From the NCBI GenBank assembly GCA_963791045.1, contig CAWBQK010000018.1:134405-198404 (forward strand): a stretch of DNA of 64,000 bases. Reading direction: 5' to 3'. The translations under genes and the position numbers were made by a program. Shown piece after piece: positions 19,275 through 32,612 of the stretch. The stretch comes from Candidatus Latescibacterota bacterium. GTDB taxonomy: Bacteria; Krumholzibacteriota; Krumholzibacteriia; WVZY01. Within the stretch, counting starts at the first letter, position 1, and every line of letters begins with the position of its first letter. The notes beneath the pieces were generated by a model. That model was not told the origin of the DNA. It saw nothing but the letters and a program-made list of their open reading frames with translations, and searched no databases.

Positions 19275-20624
19275 GTGACCGGTATATGTGATTTATTTCG
19301 GGTGGTTTGTAAGGTATTGCCAGTATATGACTTACATGATTATGCGAGGCGCCGTCCGCGGGTCTATTTACTTCCCCTGGTCGTCGCTCTTATCTGGGCC
19401 TGCACGGGGCTTTCCGTGGATGTGAGTCTTCCGCGTTTGGGGACGAACCTGTGGCGAATGGGCTGGCTCGATATCACGGCCAATATCGTGCTGTACGTGC
19501 CGCTGGGTATTGCACTACGGCGGTCTCGATTCCTGGTTTGTGTCGCCGCGGCACTGATTCTATCTCTGTGTGTGGAAACGGTTCAGCTGTTTTACCCCGA
19601 CCGGTTTACCGCCTTGTCGGACGTCGTTGCAAATGTTGCGGGCGCGACCCTGGGTTACGCGGCGACGCGGTTGTTTGGCGGAAATTCGGCCGGTGGCCTG
19701 GATCCGTTTGACCTCGGTGCGGGTGTTGGTATTTTCTCGGTTACTCTTTTTTTCGTGTTTATGGTTGTTTTAGCGATTCCGGGGCGCCCGTCTGATTTTT
19801 CGACGTGGGACAGGGAATGTCAGCTCATCGTTGGCGACGAACTCACAAGGGATCGGCCGTGGAAAGGAACGATCGACAGGCTCATGATTTTTGATTCTTG
19901 TTTTGGCGCCGACACGATTGAGCGTGTCGCTCAAGATGGGGAAGTCGGTGGGCACGCGATTTTTATCGCGCAGGCACCGATGCCGATGGATTCAATCCGT
20001 GGTCTCCCGCTTCTTGATGAATCCGCTAAAGATGCGTTCTTCGACACACTCTCGGCGCGCCGAACATTGACGATTCTGGTCTGGTTCAAAACTGAAACGA
20101 ACGATCAGGGCGGCCCGGCGCGGATCGTCGGCTTTTCGAAGTCGCCGTGGGACCAAAACTTTTCGTTGGGCCAGGAGCAGCGTGAATTAATATTCAGGCT
20201 TCGTACGCCGACGACGACCGCCGGCGGGTACAACCCCCAGACAAAATCGAGGGATTTGCTCGAGCCGAATAAGCGGACGTTTGTTGCTGTGACCTTCGAC
20301 AGCCGGAATACGAGAGTGTATGTGGATGGACGTCAGGAGTCGCGTCTCAATCTCTGCGCCCACGGAAGGCTTTCTTCATTTTTGTCCGACAGCGGGTTGC
20401 CCGCGGCGGCGACGCTTCTTGGCGCGGCGCTCGCGATTGGAATCCTTGGGTTGAGTGGATGTGGTATGGTGTGGCGGCGGTGGCTGATTGGCGGGGCGGC
20501 CGGACTTGCGGCGTCGGTTTTGTTTATCGCGGCCGGAGGCGTCGGAGCGCTTCCCGAACTCATACCGCTGGTGCCGCTCTTTGGAATTTTCGGCGGCGTT
20601 TCCGCCGCTGCGGCTACCGGTTGA
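19275..20624 (+). CDS. VanZ-like membrane protein with LamG/ConA-like periplasmic domain
   Basis: DITANIVLYVPLG...ETVQLFYPDRFTALSDVVANVAG (VanZ); GPARIVGFS, NFSLGQ, FRLRT, VAVTFD...VYVDG (LamG). Start uncertain. Confidence 0.72.
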   Translation: MTGICDLFRVVCKVLPVYDLHDYARRRPRVYLLPLVVALIWACTGLSVDVSLPRLGTNLWRMGWLDITANIVLYVPLGIALRRSRFLVCVAAALILSLCVETVQLFYPDRFTALSDVVANVAGATLGYAATRLFGGNSAGGLDPFDLGAGVGIFSVTLFFVFMVVLAIPGRPSDFSTWDRECQLIVGDELTRDRPWKGTIDRLMIFDSCFGADTIERVAQDGEVGGHAIFIAQAPMPMDSIRGLPLLDESAKDAFFDTLSARRTLTILVWFKTETNDQGGPARIVGFSKSPWDQNFSLGQEQRELIFRLRTPTTTAGGYNPQTKSRDLLEPNKRTFVAVTFDSRNTRVYVDGRQESRLNLCAHGRLSSFLSDSGLPAAATLLGAALAIGILGLSGCGMVWRRWLIGGAAGLAASVLFIAAGGVGALPELIPLVPLFGIFGGVSAAAATG

Positions 20625-20683
20625 CAGCCGTAAAGTCTCTCAACTATCTTACACAGATATCAACCGGAGTGGAGCGAGTACGG

Positions 20684-22066
20684 ATGATTCAAATACCAAA
20701 AGGAAATCTGCTTTTTAGTGTCGCGGGTGCGCGGGGCATCGTTGGGCACGGGTTCACCGTGGATGTGGCGGCGAGACTGACCCTTGCTTTTTGCTCGAAT
20801 TTGCCGGCGGGACCCGTCGTGGTCGGACGGGATACAAGACCCTCCGGCGAATCGATCAAGTTCGCCGTGATGGGAGCGATAACGGCCACCGGGCATGATT
20901 GTATAGACATCGGTATCGCCACGACACCCACCGTGGAAATGATGGTCGAATCGCATGGAGCGGCCGGCGGAATCATCGTGACGGCAAGTCACAACCCCGT
21001 CGAGTGGAACGCGCTCAAGTTTCTCGACTCGAGGGGAGTTTTCATTCCGAAGGCGCTCGGCGACTCGATCCACGATGACTACAAGAACGAACGATTTAAT
21101 TTCGTGGACGCGCTGTCGACCGGGCGAATCTCGCGTTATCATCAGTCCGCACGGGACCACATCGACGCGATACTCGCTTTGGACGCGATTGACGTCGACC
21201 TCATTCGCAAACGCGGATTCCGAGTCGTTATCGATTCGATCAACGGCGCCGGGAGCGTGATTGCGCCGGATCTATTGAGGGAACTCGGCGCGACCGCGGT
21301 AGCGGTGAACTGCAAGACGGATGGGGACTTTTACCGCGACCCGGAACCACGGGCCGCTCATCTCGGAGAGCTTGCAGAACGGGTCGGCGATGAAAAAGCT
21401 GACATAGGTTTCGCGCTCGACCCCGACGCGGACAGACTTGCGCTCGTTGACGATCAGGGTGTCGCGATCAGCGAGGAATACACCCTGGCACTCGCGATCG
21501 ACCATATCCTCGCGGCGGGAAGAGGGGGCCCGGTTGTCGTCAACGTGAGCACGACGGCACTCATCGACTGGGTGGCTGGGCGCCACGGCGCGACGGTGTT
21601 GCGAACTCCGGTGGGGGAAGCCCATGTTGTTGACGCGATGCTCGGCGCGAATGCGCCGATTGGCGGCGAGGGAAACGGTGGGGTGATTTACCCCGACTTG
21701 CACCCGGGGCGGGATGGGATGCTCGGTATGGCCCTCATCTTGCAACTGCTCGCGTCAAGGGATAAGACGTTAAGTCAACAAGTTGGAGAATATCCTTCAT
21801 TTCACATGTCCAAGACAAAGGTGGATTTGGACGGCGAGTTCTCGTCGGACGGGATTTCCCGCTTAATCGAGGGTCTCGGCCTGCTAGAATCGACACTCAG
21901 GACGGAGTGAAGGCGATATTCGAGGACGGGTGGTTTCATATCCGCGTTTCGAATACCGAAGGGGTTGTGCGGGTCATGGCGGAATCGATGAGCGGAAGAC
22001 CGGACGCAAGTATTATTGAACTCGGCTCGCGAGGTTCTGGCCCAATCCTGGGGTTCCGCGGGCTGA
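20684..22066 (+). CDS. glmM: Phosphoglucosamine mutase / alpha-D-phosphohexomutase, frameshifted near the 3' end
   Basis: GRDTRPSG, TASHNP, DPDADR, TPVGE, GGEGNGG; C-terminal WFHIRVSNTEGVVRVMAES is in another frame; directly upstream of glmS. End approximate. Confidence 0.8.
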
Positions 22067-22114
22067 CAAAAAAACGACGATCGTGGCGCGCCGGCGCGCG
22101 CCGGGAGATGCAAC

Positions 22115-23947
22115 ATGTGCGGAATTATTGGTTACATCGGAAAGAACCAGGCCCTTCCCATTCTCGTGGAAGGTCTGAAACGGCTCGAGTACCGCGGGTA
22201 TGATTCCGCGGGCGTCGCGATCATTGAAAACGGCAACATGCTCGATCGAGAAAACCAAGGGCAAGATCTCGCGGCTTGAGAAGCACCTCGCCGGCAAGGA
22301 ATGCAAGGGTGTAACGGGTATCGCGCACACACGTTGGGCTACCCACGGTGAGCCCAACACCGGAGAATGCCCACCCGCACATCGATTGTACGGGGACGAT
22401 AGCCATCGCCCACAACGGAATCATCGAAAACTACCAATTCTCAAGAAGCGACTCAGGAAAAGGGCCACAAGTTTACGACCGAGACGGACACCGAAGTCAT
22501 CGCCCACCTGATCGAGGATTTTTATACGGGTACATTGGAAGATGCCGTTCAAAAGGCCGTTCAACAACTGGAGGGAACCTACGGAATCGTTATCCTTTCG
22601 AAGAAGGAACCGGAAAAACTCATCGGCGTTCGCAACGGAAGTCCGCTGGTAGTCGGCGTTGCGGACAACGAGTATTTTCTTGCGTCGGACGTGTCGGCCA
22701 TTCTCAAACACACGCGGCAGGTTATTTATCTCGACGACAAGGAAATGGCGATCGTGACAGCCGAACGGGTTTCAAGACAACGACCATCGAGAACGTGACG
22801 GTCGAACAAAGAAGTCGAGAAAGTCGATTGGGATCTCGACATGATCGAGAAGGGCGGATTCCCGCACTTCATGCTCAAGGAGATCTTCGAACAGCCCGAG
22901 ACGATCCGCAACGCGACGCGCGGCCGGCTTGTATACGAAACCGGCGAGGCGCATCTCGGCGGGCTCGATCAGCGTGATGGCCAAACTCCGAGAATCAACC
23001 GGATCGTGCTTCTCGCCTGCGGCACGAGCTGGCACGCCGGGTTTGATCGGCGAGTACATGATAGAGGAACACGCGCGCGTGCCCGTCGAAGTGGAGTACG
23101 CTTCCGAGTTCCGCTACCGGAACCCGATCATCGAACGGGACACGGTAACCGTGGCGATCAGCCAGTCGGGCGAGACGATCGATACGCTGGAAGCGATGCG
23201 GGAAGCCAAGCGAAAGGGGTCGACGGTGCTCGGCATCTGCAATGTCGTTGGGAGCACGATTGCCCGCGAGAGCGAGAGCGGTGTTTATATTCATGCCGGT
23301 CCCGAGATCGGCGTGGCGTCCACAAAGGCGTTTACGACACAGATAACCGTTTTGGCGCTCTGGGCGCTCCTCCTTGGGCGGATGCGTGTGATGTCCAAAG
23401 CGCAAGGGCCAGGAGATCATCCAGGCGCTGCACAAGATGCCCGAACAGGTCCAGAAGATTCTGGATCAGAACGACCAGATCTACGAGATGGCGAAAGAGT
23501 ACTGCAACGATACCAATTTCCTCTATCTGGGCCGGGGAGACGAATTTCCCCGTCGCTCTGGAGGGAGCTCTCAAACTGAAGGAGATCTCGTACGTCCACG
23601 CGGAGGGATATCCGGCCGCTGAGATGAAGCACGGGCCGATCGCGCTGATCGACAAAAACATGCCGGTCGTCGTCATTTGTCCCGAAAGACAACGCGTACA
23701 AAAAAATCCTCGGGAATATCGCCGAGGTCAAGGCCAGAAAAGGGCGGTTGATCGTGATCGCGAACGAAGGCGACTCGAAGCGAGCAAGGTTGCCGACAGC
23801 GTCATCACGATCCCGAAGACACTGGATATGCTGTACCCGATCCTGACTGTGATCCCGCTCCAGCTTCTCGCGTATCACATCGCGGTTCTTCGCGGTTGCG
23901 ACGTCGATCAACCAAGGAATCTGGCAAAGAGTGTAACGGTGGAGTGA
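22115..23947 (+). CDS. glmS: Glutamine--fructose-6-phosphate aminotransferase, about ten frame changes
   Basis: ATGTGCGGAATT (MCGI) start; [66 protein letters not shown] distributed over frames. Confidence 0.93.
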
Positions 23948-23950
23948 GCG

Positions 23951-24329
23951 ATGAAAAAGATTATTAGCACGGACAAGGCCCCCGCGGCGATCGGCCCTTA
24001 TAGCCAGGCATCGACACGGGTGACTCTCGTTTTTGTCGCGGGGCAGATTCCCGTCGATCCCGCCCAGGGTAAGATCGTGGAAGGGGATATCGCCGGTCAG
24101 ACGCGCCAGGTCGCTCGAAAACGTAAAGGCGATTCTAGCCGAGGCGGGGTTGGGTATGGAGAACGTTGTGAAGGCGACGGTGTTTCTGGCGTCGATGGAT
24201 GATTTCAAAGCGATGAACAAGGTTTACGCGGAGTACTTCGCCAGCGAGCCCCCCGCAAGGGCGGCGTTCGAAGTCGCCGCACTCCCTCTGGGCGCGCGGG
24301 TCGAAATCGAGGCGATTGCCAGCCGCTGA
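23951..24329 (+). CDS. ridA: RidA/YjgF family enamine deaminase, frameshifted
   Basis: [15 protein letters not shown], then MNKVYAEYF...[13 protein letters not shown]...VEIEAIA in another frame. Confidence 0.87.
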
Positions 24330-24387
24330 CGGTGTTGCATATTCTAACAAGTTGTTAAGCTCTCCGAAATCGATTATCTTGCCACGT

Positions 24388-24487
24388 GGGAATGGATGGG
24401 TCCTGGTGGGTCCCGGGGACTTCAAATCCCTCTGTCGGGCGTTCAAAAGACGGTCGAGGTGGGTTCGATTCCCACACATTCCCGCCA
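24388..24487 (+). tRNA. selC: tRNA-Sec (anticodon UCA)
   Basis: GGGA-CTTCAAA-TCCC anticodon arm, long variable arm, GGTTCGATTCC T arm, GGGAATG/CATTCCC acceptor, GCCA end; about 100 nt. Confidence 0.93.
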
Positions 24488-24516
24488 GTTTTTTTCTGCC
24501 GAAATGCGGATTTAGA

Positions 24517-25120
24517 ATGAAAAGCGTCGTGCTTTTGTTTATTTTGGCGGTGTTCACGGCCGGGGCCCTGACCATCGCGGCCGCGGCGCCTCAGGAGTTT
24601 TCCGAGGCGGCCGGCGACAGTGTCGGCCAGGCTACGCCGGAGCAAGGCCCCAGCCGGCAGGAAATCAAGGACGAGATGGCGCGGATTGGCACTAACCGAA
24701 GTTCCCGGTGATACGCAGTGGGAGCGGGGGAAGTCGGCCAGGACCGCGACCCTCTGCAGCATGGTGCTCCCGGGACTTGGGCAGCTTTACAACGGCCGAC
24801 GATTAAAGGTAGTCCTCGCGGCGGGTGGATTCGGCTACCTCATTACGCGCGCATGGCTCGAGAACAAGCAGGCCCAGGAGTACCTCGCGGTGAGGGATGA
24901 GTCCGACCCGGGGTCGATCGATTACCAGAACGCGGATATTCTGTACAATTTTCACAAGGATAACTCGATAACATTTGTGTGGTGGTCCGGCGCCGTGTGG
25001 CTCATCCAGGTGCTCGACGCATTCGTCGACGCCCATCTCTACGACGTGCGGGCGGTGACCCCGACCGTCATGCGGGGAACCGACAATACCCAGTACCTCG
25101 CGCTGTCGTTCGATTTTTAA
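24517..25120 (+). CDS. DUF5683-like membrane protein, frameshift near 24690
   Basis: Signal-like N-terminus; SMVLPGLGQLYN and VLDAFVDAHL motifs. Confidence 0.7.
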
Positions 25121-25155
25121 CCCTGAAAAGAAGAATACTTTTTGAATGATAATCG

Positions 25156-26969
25156 ATGAACGTGTCTCAACATCGAATAAGAAATTTTTGTATTATCGCG
25201 CATATCGATCACGGTAAGTCGACTCTTGCCGACCGTTTTCTCGATATTACCGGCGCCGTGGACAAAAAACTCATGCGGGAACAGGTGCTCGACACGATGG
25301 ATCTCGAGCGCGAGCGCGGGATTACGATCAAGAGCCACCCCATCCGGATGGATTACAAGGCCGCGGACGGGGAGACCTACCTGTTCAACCTCATCGACAC
25401 GCCCGGTCACGTGGATTTTACATACGAGGTGTCGCGAAGCCTCTCTGCCTGCGAGGGGGCGCTTCTCGTGGTGGACGCCGTCCAGGGCGTCCAGGCGCAG
25501 ACGATTTCAAATCTCTATCTCGCCATGGAAAACGATCTGGAGATCATCCCGGTCATTAACAAGATCGACCTTCGAAATGCGAGGGTCGGAATATGTCATC
25601 GAACAGCTCGTCAGCTTGCTCGGCTGCAAGGAAGAAGAAATTGATGTGTGAGCGCTCGGGATGGGATGGGGATGGAGCCGCTTCTCGAAGCGATTGTTTC
25701 CAAAATCTCGCCGCCCCAGGGAGACCCGAAGGGCAAGTTTAAGGCGCTAATTTTCGACTCGCTGTTCAATGTTTATAAAGGCGCCGTCGTCTATATCCGT
25801 GTGATTGACGGCGTCCTCAACACAGGGCGACCGTGTACGGCTTATGGCGAACGGCGAAGACGGCCGAAGCCACGGAAATCGGGTTTTTTCGGCTGAACAT
25901 GATTTCGAGCCCATTTTGAGAACGGGTGAAGTGGGTTACATCCACACGGGGATCAAGAGCTTGAAGGAGACAAAAGTGGGTGACACCGTCACCCTGGATG
26001 CCGATCCGTGCGATGAGGCGCTGGAGGGTTATAAGGAAATCAAATCGATGGTTTTCAGCGGGCTCTACCCGATGGAGGCGGATGATTACACGTCGCTCCG
26101 CGAGGCGCTCGAGAAGCTCCAGCTCAACGACTCGGCGTTTTCATTCGAACCCGAGACGTCCGCCGCTTTGGGGTTCGGGTTCCGGTGCGGATTTCTCGGG
26201 CTTCTCCATATGGAAGTGATCCAGGAGCGGCTCGAGCGTGAGTATTCGATGGGGTTGATCACGACAATGCCCAACGTCGAATATAAGATCGTTATGAAAC
26301 AAGGCGGCACCGTCACCGTCGATAACCCGGCCGATTACCCGGAGGTCGGGGGATATCGAGCGGGTTCTCGAGCCCTATGTAAAGACGGAGATCATCGCCC
26401 CCAATGATTTCGTTGGCGCCATAATGAAACTCAACCAGGAGCGCCGTGGTATATATATAGAGATGGAGTACATCAATGTCGATCGTGTTATCCTCACCTA
26501 TGAAATGCCGCTTGGGGAGATCCTGGTGGATTACTTCGATCGGTTGAAAAGCGTGAGCAAGGGGTACGCGAGCCTCGACTATGAGTTTATTGGCCACAAG
26601 CAGGGCGATCTGGTAAAGTTGGATGTGGCGCTCAACTCGGATCCAGTCGACGCCCTCTCGATCATCGTTCACAGGGACAAGGCCTACCATTGGGGGCGCG
26701 AGCTGACCAGCCGGTTGAAAGAGGAAATACCCCGTCAGCTCTACGAGGTGGCGATCCAGGCGTGCATCGGAAGCCGGGTTATCGCGAGAACAAATGTAAA
26801 AGCCATGAGAAAAAACGTGACGGCGAAGTGTTATGGTGGTGATATTACACGGAAGAGGAAACTTCTGGAGAAACAGAAAGAGGGAAAAAAGCGTATGAAG
26901 ATGGTAGGGAAGGTAGAGATTCCCCAGGAGGCATTCCTCGCCGTCTTGAAAGTGGAACGCGGTAGCTGA
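25156..26969 (+). CDS. lepA: Elongation factor 4 (LepA), at least four frameshifts
   Basis: [66 protein letters not shown]. Confidence 0.95.
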
Positions 26970-27052
26970 CAACCTGATGTGATTTATATAGTTACGGACC
27001 TCGTTCGACCCGCATCGAGAGACCCAGACCCCGCAGGAGATTAGACACATGT

Positions 27053-27656
27053 TTGGCAGGTAAAAAAACAGAAGCAACACGCAAGAAATCAATTATTCGC
27101 GAGTACGCCGAAATCATCACGATGGCTGTGATCCTCGCCTTTTTTGTCAGGATCGTTCTTTATCCAGGCATTCAAGATCCCTTCCGAGTCGATGGAAGAT
27201 ACGCTCCTGGTCGGCGATTTTCTGTTTGCCAACAAGTTTGTTTACGGACCGAAGTTTCCTCTGGTCGGAAAAAGGCTTCCCGGGGTCCGCGATCCCAAGC
27301 AGGGCGACATTATTATTTTCAAATATCCAGGCGATCAAAAAACCGACTACATCAAGCGTTGTGTGGCGGTGGAGGGACAGACCGTCGAGCTTCGGGGCAG
27401 GACTCTTCATATCGATGGCGTGCCTCTCGATGAAGACTACGCCAAGTACTACCATGGGTCCAATTTCGGTCCGTATGTCGTTCCCAAGGATCACATATTC
27501 ATGATGGGGGACAACAGGGACAACAGCGCCGACAGCCGCGTTTGGGGGCCGCTTCACAAGGATCTGATTCTTGGGAAAGCAATGTTCATATATTTCTCGT
27601 GGGATACTCCGGCCAAGGCAATCCGATTCGGTAGAATCGGAGACATCATCAGGTAA
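27053..27656 (+). CDS. lepB: Signal peptidase I, frameshift near 27160
   Basis: QAFKIPSESMEDTLLVGD, YIKRCV, MGDNRDNSADSR; follows lepA. Confidence 0.92.
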
Positions 27657-27657
27657 C

Positions 27658-28762
27658 ATGCGTTCGATCTCGCTTTACGTTCACGTCCCTTTTTGCAGGC
27701 GGCGCTGTCCGTACTGCACCTTCTATCACGTATCGCTTCCGGCCGAAGATGAATTGCGGCGATATGCCGATGCCGTTGTTCACGAGTTCGAATCGGCGGC
27801 AACTGAAATAGGTGAGTCGTTCGCGATTCCCTCTTTGTTTTTTGGAGGCGGCACGCCGTCGCTGCTCGATCGCCGTTCGCTCGAGCAAATGGTCGGCGCG
27901 GTGCGGCCCTGCCTTTCCGGGGAAGACGCCGAAATAACAATAGAAGCCAACCCGGAAGACATCGACGAGTCGATGCTTTTAATGTTGAAAGAAGCGGGGT
28001 TCAACCGGTTGAGCCTGGGGGTGCAGTCCCTCGTGGATCGCGCGCAGCGGGAACTTAACCGTTGCAATCCGTGGGTGAACCGGGAAGCGATCGGGCTTGC
28101 GGCTCGGCATTTTTCGAATATGAGTTTCGATTTGCTGCTTGGGATCCCGGGGAGTACCGGGGAGGAATTGGAGAAAACATTGAGTGAGGTTGAGTCGTTC
28201 TCGCCAACGCATCTGTCGGTGTACTGTCTCGAGCCTGGTGGAGATTCCGCTGAGGACACAGGAGACTTTTTCGAACGGGTCGAACCCGAGCACGCGGCGG
28301 ACGAATACCTGTCGGTGTGCGAGCGGCTCGCGGGCGGCCGGCTACCATCACTACGAAATATCCAATTTCGCCATGCCGGGTTTTGAATCGATTCACAATC
28401 GTCGATACTGGGATGGCAGCGAGTATCTGGGGCTCGGCCCAAGCGCGCATTCGTTCATCGCTGGGGAGAGGTTCTTCAATTCTCCGTCGCTCGATGATTA
28501 TCTCCTCCGCGCAAACGAAACCACTGACGGAATCCGACGCCGCGAGATCCGCGGTGATGACGAGCGGCGACTGGAGGAACTGATGCTTGGTCTTCGAACA
28601 TCGTCCGGGTATCCCGTAAAAAAACTTTGCGGCAAAGAGATTGTTGTCGAGAGACTGCTTGAGGATGGGCTGGCGCGAACGGATGGGGATAAAGTTGTTT
28701 TGACGGACAGGGGCTTTCTGGTTTCTGAACGAAATCGTTCACCGCCTGGGCGGCGATTATAG
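27658..28762 (+). CDS. hemW: Radical SAM heme chaperone HemW/HemN-like, frameshift near 28335
   Basis: YVHVPFCRRRCPYCTF, FGGGTPS, RLSLGVQS, then HYEISNFA, HNRRYW, YLGLGPSAHS; typical position before hrcA. Confidence 0.87.
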
Positions 28763-28806
28763 AAACCAATAACCGGCGTGGGTATGCCGTGCGCGCCGCC
28801 GCCCCC

Positions 28807-28835
28807 TTGACAGGTTCCCGCCGCGAAGTTAGATT
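28807..28835 (+). promoter_or_regulatory. sigma70 promoter of the hrcA operon
   Basis: TTGACA-N17-TAGATT; no canonical CIRCE seen nearby. Confidence 0.6.
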
Positions 28836-28865
28836 TAACGGGGGTTTTACAAAACGGAGTGTGTC

Positions 28866-29888
28866 TTGTTAGTCGATAGGGACTTACAGATTTTGAGGGC
28901 GATCGTGGACATGTTTATCCGCGATGGCGTCCCCGTCAGTTCGCGTGCCGTCAAAGATACGCTGGGCTTGCCCGTGAGCACGGCGACGATTCGGAACAGC
29001 ATGTCGCGTCTTGAAAAAGACGGGTGCATTTGCAAGCCCCATACATCGGCGGGACGGGTTCCGTGCGACAAAGGCTACAGGGCGTACGTCGACTCTCTCG
29101 ACCGGCGGCCCGCCGTCGGCGTGGATTTTACACGACAACTTCGTGATGAAATTCGCGACCAGGACAAGGACGTCAATTCTGTGATGGCATCGGCGTCCAG
29201 AGTTCTCGGCACGATGTCCAAGAACTTTGCGCTGGTGTACGGATCGGTCATCCAGGAGAGTCGAGTGAGCCGGATCCAATTGATTGCGCTGGAGGGTCCT
29301 CGTCTTCTCGTTCTTGTGAACCTCGCTCCATCCTATGAACGTACAACGGTTATCCGGTTGGAAAAACGATATGCCCCCGACGTGATCAAACGCGCGGAAA
29401 CATGGATCAACCGCGTCGTCGAGGACTGCTCTCTTACCGATGCGAAGGACCAACTCGGGCGCGCCGTCCGGGACAATGTAACCGACGAAGGAATCATAAC
29501 GCGCGAGGTGGCGATACACAGGGAGGATATTTTCTCCGAGCCGCCCGCCGTGGAACTTTTTTTCGAGGATCAGGGATACGTCCTCGGCCAGCCCGAGCTT
29601 TCCGATCCAAAGCTCTTGCAATTGCTTCTCAGGCTGCTTCATAATAAAGACTTTCTTACGACGATTCTCTCCCGGCGGCTGGGAGAGCGGATTCAGATTA
29701 CAATTGGATCGGAGCACGAAGAGCAAGATCTCCGCTGGTTCAGTCTTGTCACCGCAGGGTATCGGTTGGGTTCCGCCCGCGGTGTTCTTGGGATCATTGG
29801 ACCCACACGTATGCGGTACGCGTTCAACCGGGATCTCGTAGGGTCGGCCGCTCACGAACTTGGAGCGATCGGCGAAGAGTTTTTCTAG
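28866..29888 (+). CDS. hrcA: Heat-inducible transcription repressor HrcA
   Basis: ATIRNSMSRLE, PHTSAGRVP, GYRAYVD, LGIIGPTRMRY. Confidence 0.93.
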   Translation: MLVDRDLQILRAIVDMFIRDGVPVSSRAVKDTLGLPVSTATIRNSMSRLEKDGCICKPHTSAGRVPCDKGYRAYVDSLDRRPAVGVDFTRQLRDEIRDQDKDVNSVMASASRVLGTMSKNFALVYGSVIQESRVSRIQLIALEGPRLLVLVNLAPSYERTTVIRLEKRYAPDVIKRAETWINRVVEDCSLTDAKDQLGRAVRDNVTDEGIITREVAIHREDIFSEPPAVELFFEDQGYVLGQPELSDPKLLQLLLRLLHNKDFLTTILSRRLGERIQITIGSEHEEQDLRWFSLVTAGYRLGSARGVLGIIGPTRMRYAFNRDLVGSAAHELGAIGEEFF

Positions 29889-29960
29889 AGCCCAACTATT
29901 TCGAAATTATCTAAGCCGGTGCGGTAACAATCCGGGACGAGCACAACCGAGGAGCATCAA

Positions 29961-30632
29961 GTGGCGAGCGACAAAAAACACCATGACGGAGACGCGACGG
30001 AAATCGAAATACCGGCGGGTGGGTTGCATGTCGACGCGGAAGCCGCGACGGACCATGGTGATTCTCCCTCCACGGCGGGAGAACGTGCTGAGGGTGTGAA
30101 AAAAGGCGATAAGGAGTCCAAGCGAAAACTCACCAAGAAAGACATCCTCAAGATGCTCGCCGCCAAGAATCAGAAGATTGAGGAACTTACTGAAAAATCA
30201 GCCGTTTCCGAGGCGGAGGCGAAGGAGTTCAAGGACAAATGGCTCCGGAGCGTCGCCGAGTTTGAAAACTATCGAAAACGCACGCGCAAGGAATGGGATT
30301 TGCTTCAGCGTCAATCGAAAGCTGAAGTCATAACCGAAGTCTTAAACGTAGTAGATGACTTCGAGCGGGCGTTTACGGTAGTCGGTGAAAGGGATGACGA
30401 TGTTGTCCAGGGTATACGGCTGATATATAACAACTTAAAGTCCTCCCTGGACGGAATTGGCGTTCAAAAAATGGACGCCATGGACACTCCCTTCGACCCC
30501 GCCTACCATATGGCCGTGGCCCAGATTGACAAAGAAGGTGCAGATTCCAACCATGTGGTTGAAATTGTGCAAGAGGGATACCTTCTCGGGGACGCCGTCA
30601 TCAGACCCGCCAAAGTCATAATCGCAAAGTAA
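29961..30632 (+). CDS. grpE: Nucleotide exchange factor GrpE
   Basis: AEFENYRKR, FDPAYHMAV, GYLLGDAVIRPAKV. Confidence 0.93.
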   Translation: MASDKKHHDGDATEIEIPAGGLHVDAEAATDHGDSPSTAGERAEGVKKGDKESKRKLTKKDILKMLAAKNQKIEELTEKSAVSEAEAKEFKDKWLRSVAEFENYRKRTRKEWDLLQRQSKAEVITEVLNVVDDFERAFTVVGERDDDVVQGIRLIYNNLKSSLDGIGVQKMDAMDTPFDPAYHMAVAQIDKEGADSNHVVEIVQEGYLLGDAVIRPAKVIIAK

Positions 30633-30636
30633 ATAG

Positions 30637-32514
<1,878 letters not shown>

Positions 32515-32544
32515 TCGACCGTCAACCGATCCCGGCTTCACGCT

Positions 32545-32601
32545 TTGCAACATGCCCCTTTCGTGTTATATTCCGTTGGAATTTTACTAACACGAAAGGG
32601 G
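32545..32601 (+). promoter_or_regulatory. Internal dnaJ promoter overlapped by a 14-bp inverted repeat that includes the SD
   Basis: TTGCAA-N16-TATATT with extended TG; CCCCTTTCGTGTTA (32555-32568) / TAACACGAAAGGGG (32588-32601). Confidence 0.6.
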
Positions 32602-32612
32602 TTTCCCTCTAG

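Noticed and set aside
22067-22114. glmS ribozyme
   Set aside because: glmS starts within about 50 bp of the end of glmM; there is no room and no recognisable core sequence.
24488-24520. Integrated element or prophage at the tRNA genes (selC here; also tRNA-CAT at 41560-41636)
   Set aside because: No integrase, no duplicated tRNA 3' end and no phage or IS genes were seen in the window.
21900-25655. Selenocysteine UGA read-through at TGA stops in glmM (21908-21910) and lepA (25649-25651)
   Set aside because: Homology continues in a different frame, so these are frameshifts rather than in-frame UGA codons; neither protein is a known selenoprotein.
28884-29855. Long antisense ORFs (e.g. 323 aa opposite hrcA, 338 aa opposite the YyaL-like gene, 369 aa opposite the cox genes)
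   Set aside because: Shadow ORFs expected opposite real genes in GC-rich DNA; no motifs or RBS support.
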